From NCBI GenBank assembly GCA_028534125.1, contig CM052817.1:2358001-2422000 (forward strand): a stretch of DNA of 64,000 bases, given 5' to 3'. Origin of the DNA: Lama glama. Its lineage: Eukaryota. A program made the position numbers and the translations under genes. Positions 10,611-23,250 of the stretch are shown here, in pieces (position 1 is the stretch's first letter; every line of letters starts with the position of its first letter). A model generated the notes under the pieces. The model had not been told where the DNA came from. It saw only the letters and a program-made list of their open reading frames with translations, and did no database searches.

Positions 10611-13600
10611 GAGGAAGGAGGCAGGGCTGCATGGAGGGATGTCTTGCAGCCGCCAGCCTTGGCCGGCCCAGGCCTGGAGCCGCGGAGTCCCTCGGAGCAT
10701 CCGAGTTGGGCTGGTGTGGAGGGGTGATACCTCTGTCCTGAAGGGGTCCAGGCAGCGCAGTGTGGGGTCACTCTGTCGTCCCCTCTTCGCAGCTCTGTCT
10801 CTTGACATCTTGAAAGCTCTGGGGTCTCCCAGTTAATCTTCAAAAATGAAATCATCCCAGGTAATTCGCAGTGGTGCCCGGCAGCCCACTAGCTGAGCAG
10901 ATGCCATGGTGGTAACGGGCCCTGTGGGCAGGGGTGGGGCCGCGGCTGGCGGTGGAGACCCCGGGGGAGGGGGGAGGGGCAGGAAGGCCTGGGCGTCACC
11001 AGCTCAGCCCTGAGCCACAGGCTGCGGGACTGGGTCCTCCTCCCTCAGTCCTCAGCTCTCTGTGAACCTGATGTGACCTCGCACTAGATGTGATCACCTG
11101 GAGAAACTGCTCCTGTCCAAAGACCGATCCCCAGGGGGCAGGGCTGTGCCTGAAGGAGCCCCGCAGCTTCCCAGGGTGGAGTCTAGCTCACTGCCCCCGG
11201 GTCACGGCCAGTCAGCCCGGCCCTCCTGACACCCACCCCCAGCGATGCCCATTTGACCGCAGGCTGCAGAGGCTGGCATGTCCTGCCCAGGGACAAGGCT
11301 GCATCAATTGGCCCTGAATTGAACAAGACAGAGAACTTGCCAGGCCTGCCAACCTTTTCACATGGCCAGTAATCTGACAACCCTGCCCCTCGGCCACCCA
11401 GAGCAGCAGTTAATGTGATTAGCGGGAATCAGGGGAGCGGTGAGCAGGCCCGGGGCAGCGGGATCCTCACTAGGCCCTCGCTTTGCTGGGGTGGGTGGGC
11501 GGCCAGGGATGGTCTCTGCCCGGCCTCCCTGCCTCTGCTTGGCTTGCCCAGGTCCATCCCTGTCATGGCAGACAGACGGAACTCCTCAACTCAAAGTGGA
11601 GTATTTCACCCCCTTCTCAGCTTCCTCTGAAGTCCTGACCTCGATGGGACCATCGCCTGGGGAGACCCCAGCTGGTGGACGATGGCCAGAAGTCACAGAA
11701 GCTTCAGAGAGTGTTCTGGACCCCACTGGCTGTGCTGTGGGAGGGGCAGCAAGGCAAGAGAGACCCCTGCTTGGCGACTCCCCACCCAGGGGACACCCTC
11801 ACCCCCCCCCGACCCTGCCTCCTCCTCCTTCTCCCTGCCGTCCCACCCACCTTCCAGACCTCCTGGTCCCACCTCCTGGGCAGCCTGGAAGCCCACCGAC
11901 TTTCTGCCATCCCTGGCTGGGCCCCCGTAGTCCTCTCCTGTGACCAGCGCAGTGGCCAAGCCCTGGTCTCCAGCCTCCCCACACCCCGTCCCCTGTCACT
12001 TCAGACAAAGCAATCTTCCAGGAACACACGCCTGGCAGTGCCACCGCCCAGCATAGCCACGCCCAGTGGTCCCCGAGGGCCAAGTGGGCAAGCACAGTTT
12101 TGATGGGCTGTTGCAGCCTGGCTCCCGGCACAGCTCCCCCGGGGACAAAGCTCAGTCACACTGCGGTTCCTCCTCTGAAACGCCTCCTCCCCTCACACCC
12201 GCCAAACTCCTACTCATCCTTCAGCACCCACCCTGATCGTCCCAGGAGGGTGGCCCAACCTAGTGACCACCATCGTGTCCCACTACAGGTGTGTGAGGCA
12301 CTTTTCACAAGGCCTCTGGGGTCCCAGGGCCCCAGGACTGCCAGGGCCTCTCAGGCCCTGACACGCAGCCATCCTGGTTGGGGACTTGTGGGGCTGGCAT
12401 TCCTGGGAATGGGGCAGGCAGAGCAGGCACCACGCTGGCCATGATGATCGCAGCTCCGGGCAGCCAGAATCCTCTCCCACTGGTCCAACGTGAATAATGA
12501 GGCTGTAGCAGGTCAGAGACTGACTTCCCGTTTCTGCGATTAATCCACAGCCTTGGAACGGCCAGCTCCAGCTCCCCAGAGGGTCAGGCCCTCCTCCTCC
12601 TGCCCGTCCACCCAGGCCTGCAGGGCGGTGGGGGGGGCTCACACTGGGCCTTTGGGTGCAGAGGGGATGCCCCCTCCTGAGGAGGCGGAGGCCAGGGGAC
12701 CAGCCAGAGGAGGACAGTGGCCATCCCGCCCCTCCTTGCTGTGGACCCTGGGCAGACCACTCAGCCCCTCTGGGTCCACGTGGCTTCCTCTGGATAGAAG
12801 CTAAAACCTGCCCTCCTCCCAGGCCGGGTGACACACTTCACGGGTAACCAGGCCGTATCTTCCTAAAGTTCTCCGTCATCTTGATTCTGACGCGAGTCGG
12901 CTGTGGGGCTCCCCATCCTCGCCCCTCCTGGGGGCCTAGCCTAGCCTCCTTGCCTCTGAGTCTCTACAGTGAGAACAAACCAGGGTGCTGTTTGCTTCCT
13001 CATCTGCAGAGTCAGAGCAGGGGAGCCGGTGCACAGAGGGCCTGCGGGGCCACACGAGTCCTCATCTGCTTCCCTTGGGTCCACATTCCGGGTTCTTCTG
13101 ATCTCACTCAGGCCAGGGGTGGGGCTGCGGCCGGGTGTTGAGTCCCCGGTCTCTCTCTGGTGGGTCTGCCTTTGGGCTGACAGGAGGGCGTGCAGGTGGT
13201 CCAGTGGGGACAGATGTGCCCCTGCAGAGGTGGTCTGATACCCGCCGAGCCACCTCCATCACAGCCACCTTGGAGGCAGGAGGGTGAGGAGTGGTCCAGT
13301 GTGGCTGGGCGATTGTGGGAGGAACAGGAGGCAGAGAGGTGAGCAGACCGACTATGGAAATGAGCCAGAGCAGCAGCGCTGGCGCCTCCTTTCTCTGTGC
13401 TGATAAAGTCATTTCAACCGACACAGGCTGTGTCAGTGTCCTGGGCCACATCACAGGGACCACACACAGGTAATCCCTTCTCTCCAGGTCTGGATGCAGA
13501 AGGTCCAGATCACGGTGTGGGCAGAGCCGCCTCCCTCTCGGGCTCTGGAGTGGGGGCACAGAGTGGGGGTCCACAGATCAATGCAGGAGGACACTGCCCG

Positions 13601-13774
13601 TCAGCCGGCTTCCCCAGAGCAAGAAGTAAACATCTCTCCTGCCCTGGTCGAGACGGTATGTGTTTTGGAGTCTTTCTGTTACCACAGCCAAACCTACTTG
13701 AACTAACAGGTCAGGCGTTTTACTCTCAATGTAAAATGAGGAACCTGAGACCCAGCAAAGAAGCGAATTGACTA

Positions 13775-15320
13775 GGCAGTGACGCCTCGGATCTGACCCC
13801 AGAGCACAGGCAACAAAAGCGAAACTCGACAGGTGGGATTACATCAAACTAAAAGGCTTCTGCACAGCAAAGGAGCATCAGAATGAGAAAGCAGCCTGTG
13901 GAACGGGAGAAAACATTTGCAAACCACACATGTGATAAGGGATTAAGATCCAGCATCTATAAGGAACGTGCACAGCTCAGTGGCAAAGCAGCAACAGCAA
14001 AGCCAGCGGCCCAATTAAATGAGCCAAGGACCTGAGCTGGCGTGTCTCCAGAGAAGACATGCGGACGGCTGGCTGGTGCACTGGAAGGTGCCGACGTCAC
14101 TAACCATCAAGCAAGTGCAAACCAAGACCACAGTGAGGCGCCACCTCGCTCACGCCAGTTAGAATGGCTGTTGTCGAGACACCGGGAGAGGGGAGAGAGG
14201 GCAAACCCCGGGGAGGACGCGGGACGGCCGGAACCCTCATCTGCTGCTGGTGGGAACATAAACTGGTGCAGCCACTGTGGAAACAGGACGGGGTTTCCGC
14301 AAAGTAAATACAGAGCCGCTGTAAGACCCAGCAAGCCCCTTTCTGGGTGTGCCCCCGAAGGAAGTGAAGGCAGCATCTCTTCACTCAGAGGGATGCTCTG
14401 CCTCCCACGGTCACTGCATTCGCACTGTAGCCAAGACAGAGAAGCAACTAGAGTGTCCATCCACAGGCGAGCAATAAAGAAAGCGTGGCGTGCAGAGAGG
14501 GCAGAGTATTATTCAGCCTTAAAAAAGAAAGAAACGCCGCTTTCGCAACCCCACAGATGGACCTTGAGGAGACCGTGCTAGTGAAACAAACCAGGCACAG
14601 AAAGACAAATGCTGTGTGACTGCACGTCCACGTGGAATCTGAAAATAGTCAGACTCAGGGAAGCAGAGAGAATGGCGGTTGTCAAGGGTGTGGGGAGGGG
14701 AAAAGTGGGGGCGTTGATTAAAGGAAGCAACGCGGAGACCTCATGCAGAGAAAAGGAACTGTAGAAACACAGTTACTGCACGGTTAGCAACACTATGTTG
14801 TACGGTTGAAATTTGCTAAAGGGTAGATCTTGATTGTTCTCACCACAGAAAAGGGAGGAAGGTAACTCTGCGCGGTTATGAACGTGCCAGTCAACTTGAT
14901 CGTGGTGATTATCACACGACGTATGTGTACATCAGAGCACCAAGTCGCACACCCTAAGTACACGTGATTTTTCTGCCATTTACACCTCAGTAAACCTGGA
15001 AAATGTTTAATAATTTTTAAAGAAGTTTCAGTCGTGCCAGATGAGTAAGTTCCAGAGGTCCGCTGACAGCACGGTGCCTGCGGCAGACAGCGGGGCGCTG
15101 TGCTTCAGAGTGTGTCAGCCGGGTCGGTCTCGTGTTAAGAGTTCTTACTACATAAAACCAAACCAAAACAAAAACAGAAAATCCCCAGAGGGCCAGGAGG
15201 CACTCTGCTTATTCCATGAACGCGGTGACGGTAGCACCGGCGTCTGCGCGCACCCACACTCATCAAGTCGCGCACAGTCACTACGTGCCGCCGTGCACCA
15301 GTTTTACCCCAGTGACGCTG
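13775..15320 (+). mobile_element. L1 (L1MA/MB-type) ORF2 3' end and 3' UTR, decayed; probably two adjacent 3' pieces
   Basis: GGGATTACATCAAACTAAAAGGCTTCTGCACAGCAAAGG, GGTGGGAACATAAACTGGTGCAGCCACTGTGGAAAAC and TATTATTCAGCCTTAAAAAAG are canonical L1 3' motifs. 3' termini lie near 15003 and 15320. Confidence 0.85.
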
Positions 15321-17694
15321 CTTTAGGGACCTGACCACGTCCACGTCCACATCCCCATCCACGGCCCGCGGCCCCGGAGCCGGAGCCGGGCCCAGCCTGG
15401 GTCTGCCTGTCTCCACGGCCGCTCGGAGGGACCTGCGCCAGGTGCTGGGCAGGGAGGACGGGGCCCACCCGCCCTCCAGGAGCCCCCGGCTCTCTCTCAT
15501 TTCCGACGTCCACATACGTGCGCCCTGACTGTGGCCCTGGTGAAGGGAAAAAAAGGATTCGACTGTCTGTTGTGAAGTAGAAACAGCTGACGACAGTTAA
15601 TCGGTATTTGATAGGATTGACCCATCGCCGTCATTATCCATCACGGCAACTGCTGCTAGCGGCAGGGGCCCGGCACCTGTGTTTGGGGACGGACGGTGGC
15701 CTAAACCCCAGCCCGGCTTCCCAGCGGGGCCATTGCGCGTGTGCAGACGGCCACTGAGCACCTCTCGGGTGTCAGATCCCTGCCCCGCCCGCAGACCCTG
15801 GGTCGTCCAGAGTCCCAGGCCCCCTGCAGCCCTGCTTCCTCCTTCCCGTGGGTCCCAGCTACGCCCAGAGGGCCCAGAAGAGTCTTCTCTCGCCGCAAGC
15901 AGGAGCCCGGCACAGATGGAGGAGGCAGAGCTGCCCCGGCCAGGGCCATAGACCCCTGCGTCGGGCACTCCTGGCCCGAGGGTCCCTGCTCCTCACCCCT
16001 GCAGGACCTGGGACACCACGCGCCACAGCCCAGAGGGTCTCCTGGGACAAGGCGTCCACACCCCCTCCCCGTTGACGCGGTTCTTGGTGACCCACCCAGG
16101 GCTGGTCTGAGCGCCAGCGGCCGCTCTGTGAGAGAGGAAAGCTGTGTCGGGAGTGGGAGGTGAGGGAGGGAAACGGAGGAGCCTCTAAGGGCGAGCTGCC
16201 AAGTGGCCTGGAACCCTAGAAAACTGGGGGGCCCGCATGAGCTTGGGGGGCACTCAGGGGCCCTGGGGAAGAGCCTTCCCTCCAGGCAGAGGGGCAGCGA
16301 GTGCAATGGCTCTGAGCCCTGTGGTTTCCTTGGTGCCTACCCGACCAAGCGGCTGAGGATTCAGTGAGGTGACAAGTGCAGGTCACCAGATCCCCTGGGG
16401 ATGGGACTGCGGGGTCTCGGCCCTCTGGCCTGGGGTGATCAAGCACTTCACAGAGCCAGGCTGTCCCTCCAAGAGATGGCTGGAGACGGGGCAGGGCCCC
16501 AGGGCAAGGGGTTGAGGCCAGGGCTCCTCAGGAAAACGGGCCTTGACACTGGGCGGGCGGAGGAGGGCGTGGGCCCGGACACTGGCACGGATCCGGAGAG
16601 CCCCGCTGTCTGGCCATCAGTATTTTGAAAGGTCATAAAACATTAAAGCAACTGGTGGAGGGAAAATATCTCAGACTTCTTCAGCAGTTTCTTGGCCTAT
16701 TTTAACGACATTAACTTTTTAATTAAAATGGAATGCTCAGGACTTCCCAGTGGAACCAGGTTTCGCGTCTTAAAATAGCAGGTCTCCCCATGGGAATCCT
16801 AACCAAGCGAGCTTTCTGGAGACCCAGAGGTAGGGTGGCAGCAGAGGAAGGGGTTCGGGTGGGGAGACTGGGGTGTGGTCAGTTGGGACACATGATTCTG
16901 GAGAGGGTGGGGAGGGGCGGCACTGCTGGGGAGGGGTCCTCCCTGCCCTCCCGACACTGAACACTCTCCTGAGTGCCATCCTGGGGGCAGTCTCAGCCCC
17001 ACCCCAGCCAGCCTGCAGGGGGGCACGTCACCTGCCAGCCTCCCTTCCCCACGTGACTGTGCTCAACGCTGGTCTCACCCCGAGTGCCTCTCCTCAAGAG
17101 CCTTCTGTGGCTCCCGTTTACTCAGGCCGAGCTCCCAGCTCCCTAGCACAGGTCGGCCCCCTGTGAGTTGTGCAGCCTCGGGCACCTTGCTCAGCTGCCC
17201 TGAGCCTCTGTTTCTTCTCCTGTAAACTGGGACCAAAGACAGTTCCAACCTCAAGGACTGGGTGAGAGTCAGTGAGGCTGGCCCACCAACAGGCTTGGCC
17301 TGGGGCTGGCACGGGTCAGGGTCATCATCAACGTCGGCCTCCCGCTGGCCGATCCCCGTGCACCCCGTCTGCGTCTAACGCCACTGCCCCCAGAGCACTA
17401 ATGGGCCCAACTACCCCGCTGTCCTGCCTCTGTGCCTTTAAGCTTGCGGCCCTCTCCTGGAATTCTCCCCCGGTCCCACCTCTGAGCCCATGCTCTCCAG
17501 CGCCACCTCTCAGGGGCCCTCCCTGGACCCCTGCTGAAGCGGGGGGCTCGCATGGGGCTCTGGGCAGCCTGGCCTCGGTGCTCCCCCACACCCTTCACCC
17601 TGTGGTTCCTGTGTCTCTCCTGGGACCCAGCTCGGCACCCCCAGGCCTGGCACATCATGGGCCCAGGCTCCCACCAAACATAACACCAAGATCA

Positions 17695-17890
17695 TCAAAG
17701 GGAGGGAGGGAGGGAGAGGCAGAGACAGAGATCCAGAGATGCAGAGGGAGTTATGCAGAGGGAGACACACTGGGGAGAGACAGGGAGACAGTGAGAGTTA
17801 TCAGGACCAAGAGAGACACACCAGACAGAGAGACAGAGACAGCTGAGGGCACAGAGAGGCTGACAGACGCAGGTGACCCTGGCCAGAGAC
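17695..17890. repeat. GA-rich low-complexity tract
   Basis: Repeated GAGACAGAGA/GGGAG units. Confidence 0.6.
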
Positions 17891-18569
17891 AGGAAGTGCC
17901 TTGGCCACGCAGGCTGCCAGCAGTGGGAGCACGTGGTGGTTCCCAGCCTGCCCCATCCGTGCCCACCCAGGATGCAAGTTGGGCTGGGTTGAGATAGACC
18001 TACATCACCCCCAGGGAGGCGGCTGTCGCCAGGGTTAGAGAAGGGGCTCCAGCGGGAGGGGCTGCAGGGCGGGGCCTGGACAGGAAAGCCCCCCGAGGCT
18101 CCACCCAGGCCCACACCTGCCCTCGCGGGGGCTGAGGGAGGCAGGAGTGGAGGGGTGGGCTCCACGGGGCAGCCTGTGGGCCCTGTCAGCAGATGGGTGG
18201 GGGTCTGAGGGTCCCTCCCGCCCCAGGGGAGACCCCAGTCCTGACCCCTAACTGCACAGGGCTTTATGGGAGGGAATCAGGCCTCAGAACTTGGAAGCCG
18301 GGAACAACAGTGCGACAGCCACATGTCTGCTGCTGCCTGTTACTTGAAAGTGGCCCAGCCCCCCGAGTTACAAGAACAGACATGGTCGGCACAAGCACAG
18401 ATCAGCGCGCGGGTCAAGGACTACAGCTCCAAGGCGAGGCCCGAGCCCAGCCGGGAGGGAGGCGCCGCGGCGCTCACGCCCGGCTCGGCCGAGCCAGGTG
18501 TGTCCAGGGTCTCTGGGTTCTCACTGAAGTGCAGCCTTGCATTAGTTTCAGGTGCGCAGCAAAGTGACC

Positions 18570-18690
18570 CGGGGCAGATTGTTCGTCGGATCCTCCTCCA
18601 TTACAGGTGACTACAAGACACTGAATACCGTTCCCTGTGCCCCACGGTAATACCTCGTTGTTCATCTGCTTTATGTCGAGAAGTTTGTCT
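18570..18690 (-). mobile_element. Short L1 3' UTR fragment
   Basis: CATTACAGGTGACTACAAGACACTGAATACCGTTCCCTGTGC resembles the reverse complement of the L1 3' UTR seen at about 36845-36880. Confidence 0.65.
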
Positions 18691-18699
18691 TAACCGCTG

Positions 18700-19010
18700 A
18701 CTGGTGACCGAATCGCACAGTGAAAACACAGACTGAGGCAGCAGTGGGGCCAGGGTGTTACAGAAAGAGGAACCTGGCACTCGTTAAAGCGGTAGGAAGG
18801 CGTTTTTCGAGACACGGCAGTTGGGAAGGGGGGCCGGGCTGGCCCCAAATTCCACAAGGACAGGTGGGGATTTGTAACCAAGGAGCGGGGTGGACGGAAA
18901 TGCTAAGAGGAGATGCCGAGGGCCCAGGGACACCTCCCGGTCGAGGCCAAGTCACGAACAGTTTCCACAGGTCCGACTGAAGTTTGGTCAGAAAGGGGAG
19001 GGTCCCTGTG
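18700..19010 (-). mobile_element. ERV1 LTR fragment, MER31-like
   Basis: GGGATTTGTAACCAAGGAGC...GGAAATGCTAAGAGGAGA...GGTCGAGGCC...GACTGAAGTTTGGTCA resembles the MER31 consensus as recalled. Confidence 0.5.
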
Positions 19011-19999
19011 GGGGGTGCGCCACTCAAGTTCCACCAAAGGAATCAGTAGAAACTGGAGGGCTGGCTTATGATCTGAGGTCGAGGGTAAGTCCGGAGGGGC
19101 CAGCACAGTGATGGGGCCCACCGCCCAGGGGCAGCAGCAGGTGGGGAGTGGCCCCATGTGCTCCCTGGTTGCAGGGAATCTCACTACCGCTCATGCTTGA
19201 CCCGGTAACCAGAGCTACCTTGCTGATGATAACAACTCAGCTCAGAATGGGCTGAGACCATGGTTTCGGGCAGACCCCACCTCTGACCCATGGGTCAGGT
19301 CCTGGTGCCCCGGGCCTGGGGTGCTGCCCTCAGCGTGCTCACACACACGGGCAGCAACCTCATCTTGGGGTCCCCAGCCCCTGGCTCAGGGCTCTGGCAG
19401 AGCAGGGGCAGCAACTGTCCCATTTCACAGATGGGGAACCTGAGTCCAAGGGCCTCGGTCTGCTGAGACCTTGCAGGGAGGCCCTGGGCTCGTAGGCTGC
19501 AGGGCACTGTGACTCCCCAGAAGCCCCCTGTCCCCCATGGGGCAGGCAGGGGGCCTTTGCAAACAGTTTAGAAAGAGACAGGTCTGCAGGGACGCTTCCC
19601 CATCCAGAAACTCCGACCGGGTGGTGGGGGCTGAGGTTCTACCCGGATGAGCTGGGGTCCCTCCGTGCAGGGCTGGGTGGACCACACACTTGCAGGAGAC
19701 CCCGCCCCCAGCCCTGGGCAGGCAGAGCCAACCCCGCCCCCAGGCACCGGCCGGTGGTCCTCCCCACCGATCTGCAGACTCACGCCGCCCCGCCCAATCC
19801 GGCTTCCTCCTCCTCGGCCATCACCACCGAAGTCAGGGCTGCCTTCCGCGTGGGAAGGAAGGGTTCTGCCGCCACCTGCCGGCCACTTGCCAAAGAGGTG
19901 GGACCTACTTTCACTGGAGAACCTGGGGGTCAAGGAGGGGAGACTGGGAGGGGAGGTGAAGTCGGGTGGGGTTTCTTGAGGGAAAGAGCTGACTGTGAT

Positions 20000-20097
20000 T
20001 TGGACAGACCTGGGCTTGGATCTGGCTGTGTGGCCTGGGGCAGATGGCTCAGCATCTCTGGGCCTCATTTCCTTTTCCTACAAAATGGGATGACAAG
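20000..20097 (+). mobile_element. MIR fragment
   Basis: CAGACCTGGGCTTGGATCTGGCTGTGTGGCCTGGGGCAGA...CTCTGGGCCTCATTTCC...AAAATGGGATGA. Confidence 0.65.
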
Positions 20098-21354
20098 GCC
20101 TAGGCTGGAGTGGTGGCAACCACGGGGTCTCATGATGCCCACTGAGGCCACGCAGGGGCCAGTAGGCAGGACAGCTCTGGTTGCAGCCCAGAGTCCTCCT
20201 CCCGAGAGATGGGCTGCCCCTGCCCCCAGCAGGGTTCCTTAGAGGCTAGAAGCCTTCTGTTTCTCAGCCCAGCTTGCAGTTTGACCAAGCAGTTCACCAA
20301 TGGCCCTCTGGGTCAGATAAAGCTTCAGGCTTCAGGTTTATGCTCTGAGCGTGGACAAGGGGTGGGGGCGGCAGTGATGAGAAACAGTTGCCTCCGAGGG
20401 ACGCAGTTACCAGAACTCGCCAGCACCTCTGCCTGGTGGACTCACACTTCATGACAACGTAAAACGGGTCACAGAATGACCACTGCGTACTCCGCCCCCC
20501 CCCGAATTCCGAGTGTCAGGGGAGAGCGAGTCCATTTCACAGACAGGGAAACTGAGGACTCTGAGGGCCCTGGTCCACTGAGACCACTTGGGGTGGCTGC
20601 TGAGCTGTGCACCCGCTCCACCAGCAGGGTCAAGGCCTGGAGACCCCAGGGCTCCCTGGGCAGGGCAGGAGGGAGCTCTGGGGGGGGACGCAGCAGACCT
20701 GTCGCGTGTGCCCCCTCATCGCAGCGTGTGAGTCGCTGACGCTGTTTGAAGGCAGAGTGAGATCCAGCCCCCACCTCGGGGTCTCCATGCTGGACGATAG
20801 TCTCAGATGTTCCGCACGGGCCAGGATGGACCTCTGCCCCTGCTCTGGGCCACGAGCATGTGCCCCTGGGATCTGTTCACGCCCAGGACAGGCTGTCCGC
20901 TGACTCAGCCCGGGGCCCCTGGGGGCGGGGCTCCTCTGGCTGCGACTTGGGCTCGGTGCTGGACCCCCACCATCCACCTGCCGGCCTGGAGCTGGAGTCT
21001 TGAGTCCCTGCTGCTGCCCCACCCCCGTGCCTGCGCAGAGGACCAGGCCTGTCCTCAGCAAGGGCTCCCCAGGAAAGCACGTCCAATCCCGCCGTGGCGC
21101 CTGCTTTTAGGGGGACCCCGAGGGAGTGAGGTGTCTTCTTTCTTTCAGGACAAGCGCCCGGGATGGGGCTCAGCACACAGTAAGAGCACAATATGCTTTA
21201 GTGGAAGGGAGGGAGGGAGGGAGGGCAAGAAGGGGGCGTCTGGCTCCTCTGAGCAGCCCCAGCAGCGAGTACCTCATGGGACACTTAGAGAACGTCTGGG
21301 AAGGAGGAGACCGAGAGGGACTCGGGGCCGAAAGGGAGCAGGTGCGTGAATTAG

Positions 21355-21710
21355 GGGCTTCGGCGGAGATAATGGAGCCTCTGAGGCCTCTATAAAGTGT
21401 GTCCACACCCTCACCCCAGGGAGCATGACTGTGAGCTTGTCTGGAAAAGGGTCCTTGCAGATGTAGGTTAAGGACCTTGAGATGAGGAGATAATCTCAAG
21501 ATTTATCCGGGTGGCCCTAAGTTCAGGGACTGGCATCCTTATGAGACAGAGGAGAGGAGACAGACACGGGGAGGAGGCCATGTGAAGATGGAGGCGGAGT
21601 TTGGGGTGATCTGGCCACAAGGACGCCTGGGGCCACCAGGAGTTAGAAGAGGGGGACAGGACCCTCCCCTGGAGCCTCTGGAGGGAGGCAGCCCTGCTGG
21701 ACCTCGCCCC
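21355..21710 (+). mobile_element. MaLR solo LTR, MLT1C-like
   Basis: GGAAAAGGGTCCTTGCAGATGTAGGTTAAGGACCTTGAGATGAGGAGATAATC...GGCCATGTGAAGATGGAGGCGGAG...CCCCTGGAGCCTCTGGAGGG. Confidence 0.85.
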
Positions 21711-23079
21711 ACCTTCCGCCTGTTGAATCTAACTGACCCCCGACGCCTGCGCGTGGGGCCTGTCTGAGGAGTGTCTCAATTGTGCCGTGGGAAATGCGCA
21801 GCCCGTAAGGGCAGCTGCAAGCCACCCGTGAGAAGCGCCTGGCGGTCTTCCAGACAGAGCTCGGCACCCACCTGCGCGGGCCGGGCCCCTACTCCGGCGC
21901 TCGGCCTCTCCCAGCAGCACCTTCGCCAGTTCTCCTCATTTCTGCCTGTTAATAGGTGGGATCGGCCCCCTGCCTGCTGCCCCAGGTGGGCTCAGATGAC
22001 ACACAGGCCCCTCGGACCCGCCTCTCCCACTGTGTCTCCGATCAAGCACACTCGGCTGCCCTCGGCAGGACCCCAAGCTCTCCTACCCCCAGGCCTTTGC
22101 ACCTGCTGTGCCCGCTGCCTGCGAGCTCTTCTCCGGTGTGCCTGGTGGACTGCCCCCAGGAGGCACATCAGCCCATGCCTTCCCTGGCTCCCTGCTGCGC
22201 TAGGGCCCCCTCCCTCCTCAGAGGCCCGGGACCTCCATTAACGGCCAGTCCCACCGCCAGAGGCTGTTTTGAACCTGCCTGGGGGACGCCCAGCACCTGG
22301 AACAGTAGGTGCCCCCCCAGCCCTCGCTGCACAGAAGAAAGGATGGAAGCCCGTCAGGAGGAGGAAGGAGGGGCTGACACCCCAGAAGGCCTCTCCCCAC
22401 GCCCTGGGAGCCTGGCTCACAGCCGAGGCCTCGTCCTGGCGGCGGCTCTCTGCGCGCTGCGCCCCAAGGACGTCTTCCCTGCAGGAGTCTGCCTGCTTCC
22501 TAGGGCCTCCAGGCTGTGACTTCTCAGGCCCGCGTGGGTGCGAGCGCAGGGGCTCTCAGAGGAGCCGGGTGGAGGCCGTGCCTTGTCCACAAGCTGCATG
22601 GCCTCAGCGAGTCTCCACATCTCTCTGCCCTGTCCTCGCTGAACGACGGGCATGTCCCCACCCTCCCTGGGGAGCGTCCCTTCCATGCCCCGCCCCGGCC
22701 TCTGATGCTGCTGTGTGACCTGCCCCGGTCCCCCACCTCTCTGGGCCGGAGACGTCAGTCTAAGCCGCGCTGTCCCCGTGACGGGGGTCCTGGGGCGTAG
22801 CTGAGGCCAAGGCGTTTCACCAGCCTCAGCCTCAGGTTCCCCGTCTGCGCAGCGTCGACAATGAAGGCTCCGCCCTGCAGAGCTGCAAGTGAGGATCAAG
22901 TGAAAGAGTGAGTGAAAGAGCACGTGAGTGCCTGGCTCACAGGACGCTCTTGCGGTGGGAGGCGCGCTGTTGTCATCCGAGGCTGCTCTGAAGGCATCAG
23001 AACTGTCCCTAATCCCAAAGCCCCAGTGGTGTTTACCCCATGGCAGGAGATCTTTGTCGGCGTAGGAGTTCTCGGGGCT

Positions 23080-23250
23080 GGGGTTGCCAGAAAAACCACA
23101 GGAGGCCCAGTTACAGGTGAACTTCAGATAAAGAAGGAGCAATTTTAGCAGAAGCGCCGTCCTTAATATTTAGGACGCAATCGGGAGTAGTCCTCGTTCA
23201 CCTGGAATTCGCATCTAGCTGGCGTCCTGTGTTTATTGTCTGCCAGCCCT
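23080..23250. mobile_element. MER53 palindromic hAT-type MITE
   Basis: Starts GGGTTGCCAGAAAAACCACAGGAGGCCCAGTT...TTCAGATAAA, has a central GTCCTTAATATTTAGGAC, and ends CTGGAATTC...CTGGCGTCCTGTGTTTATTGTCTGCCAGCCCT. This matches the MER53 layout. Confidence 0.75.
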
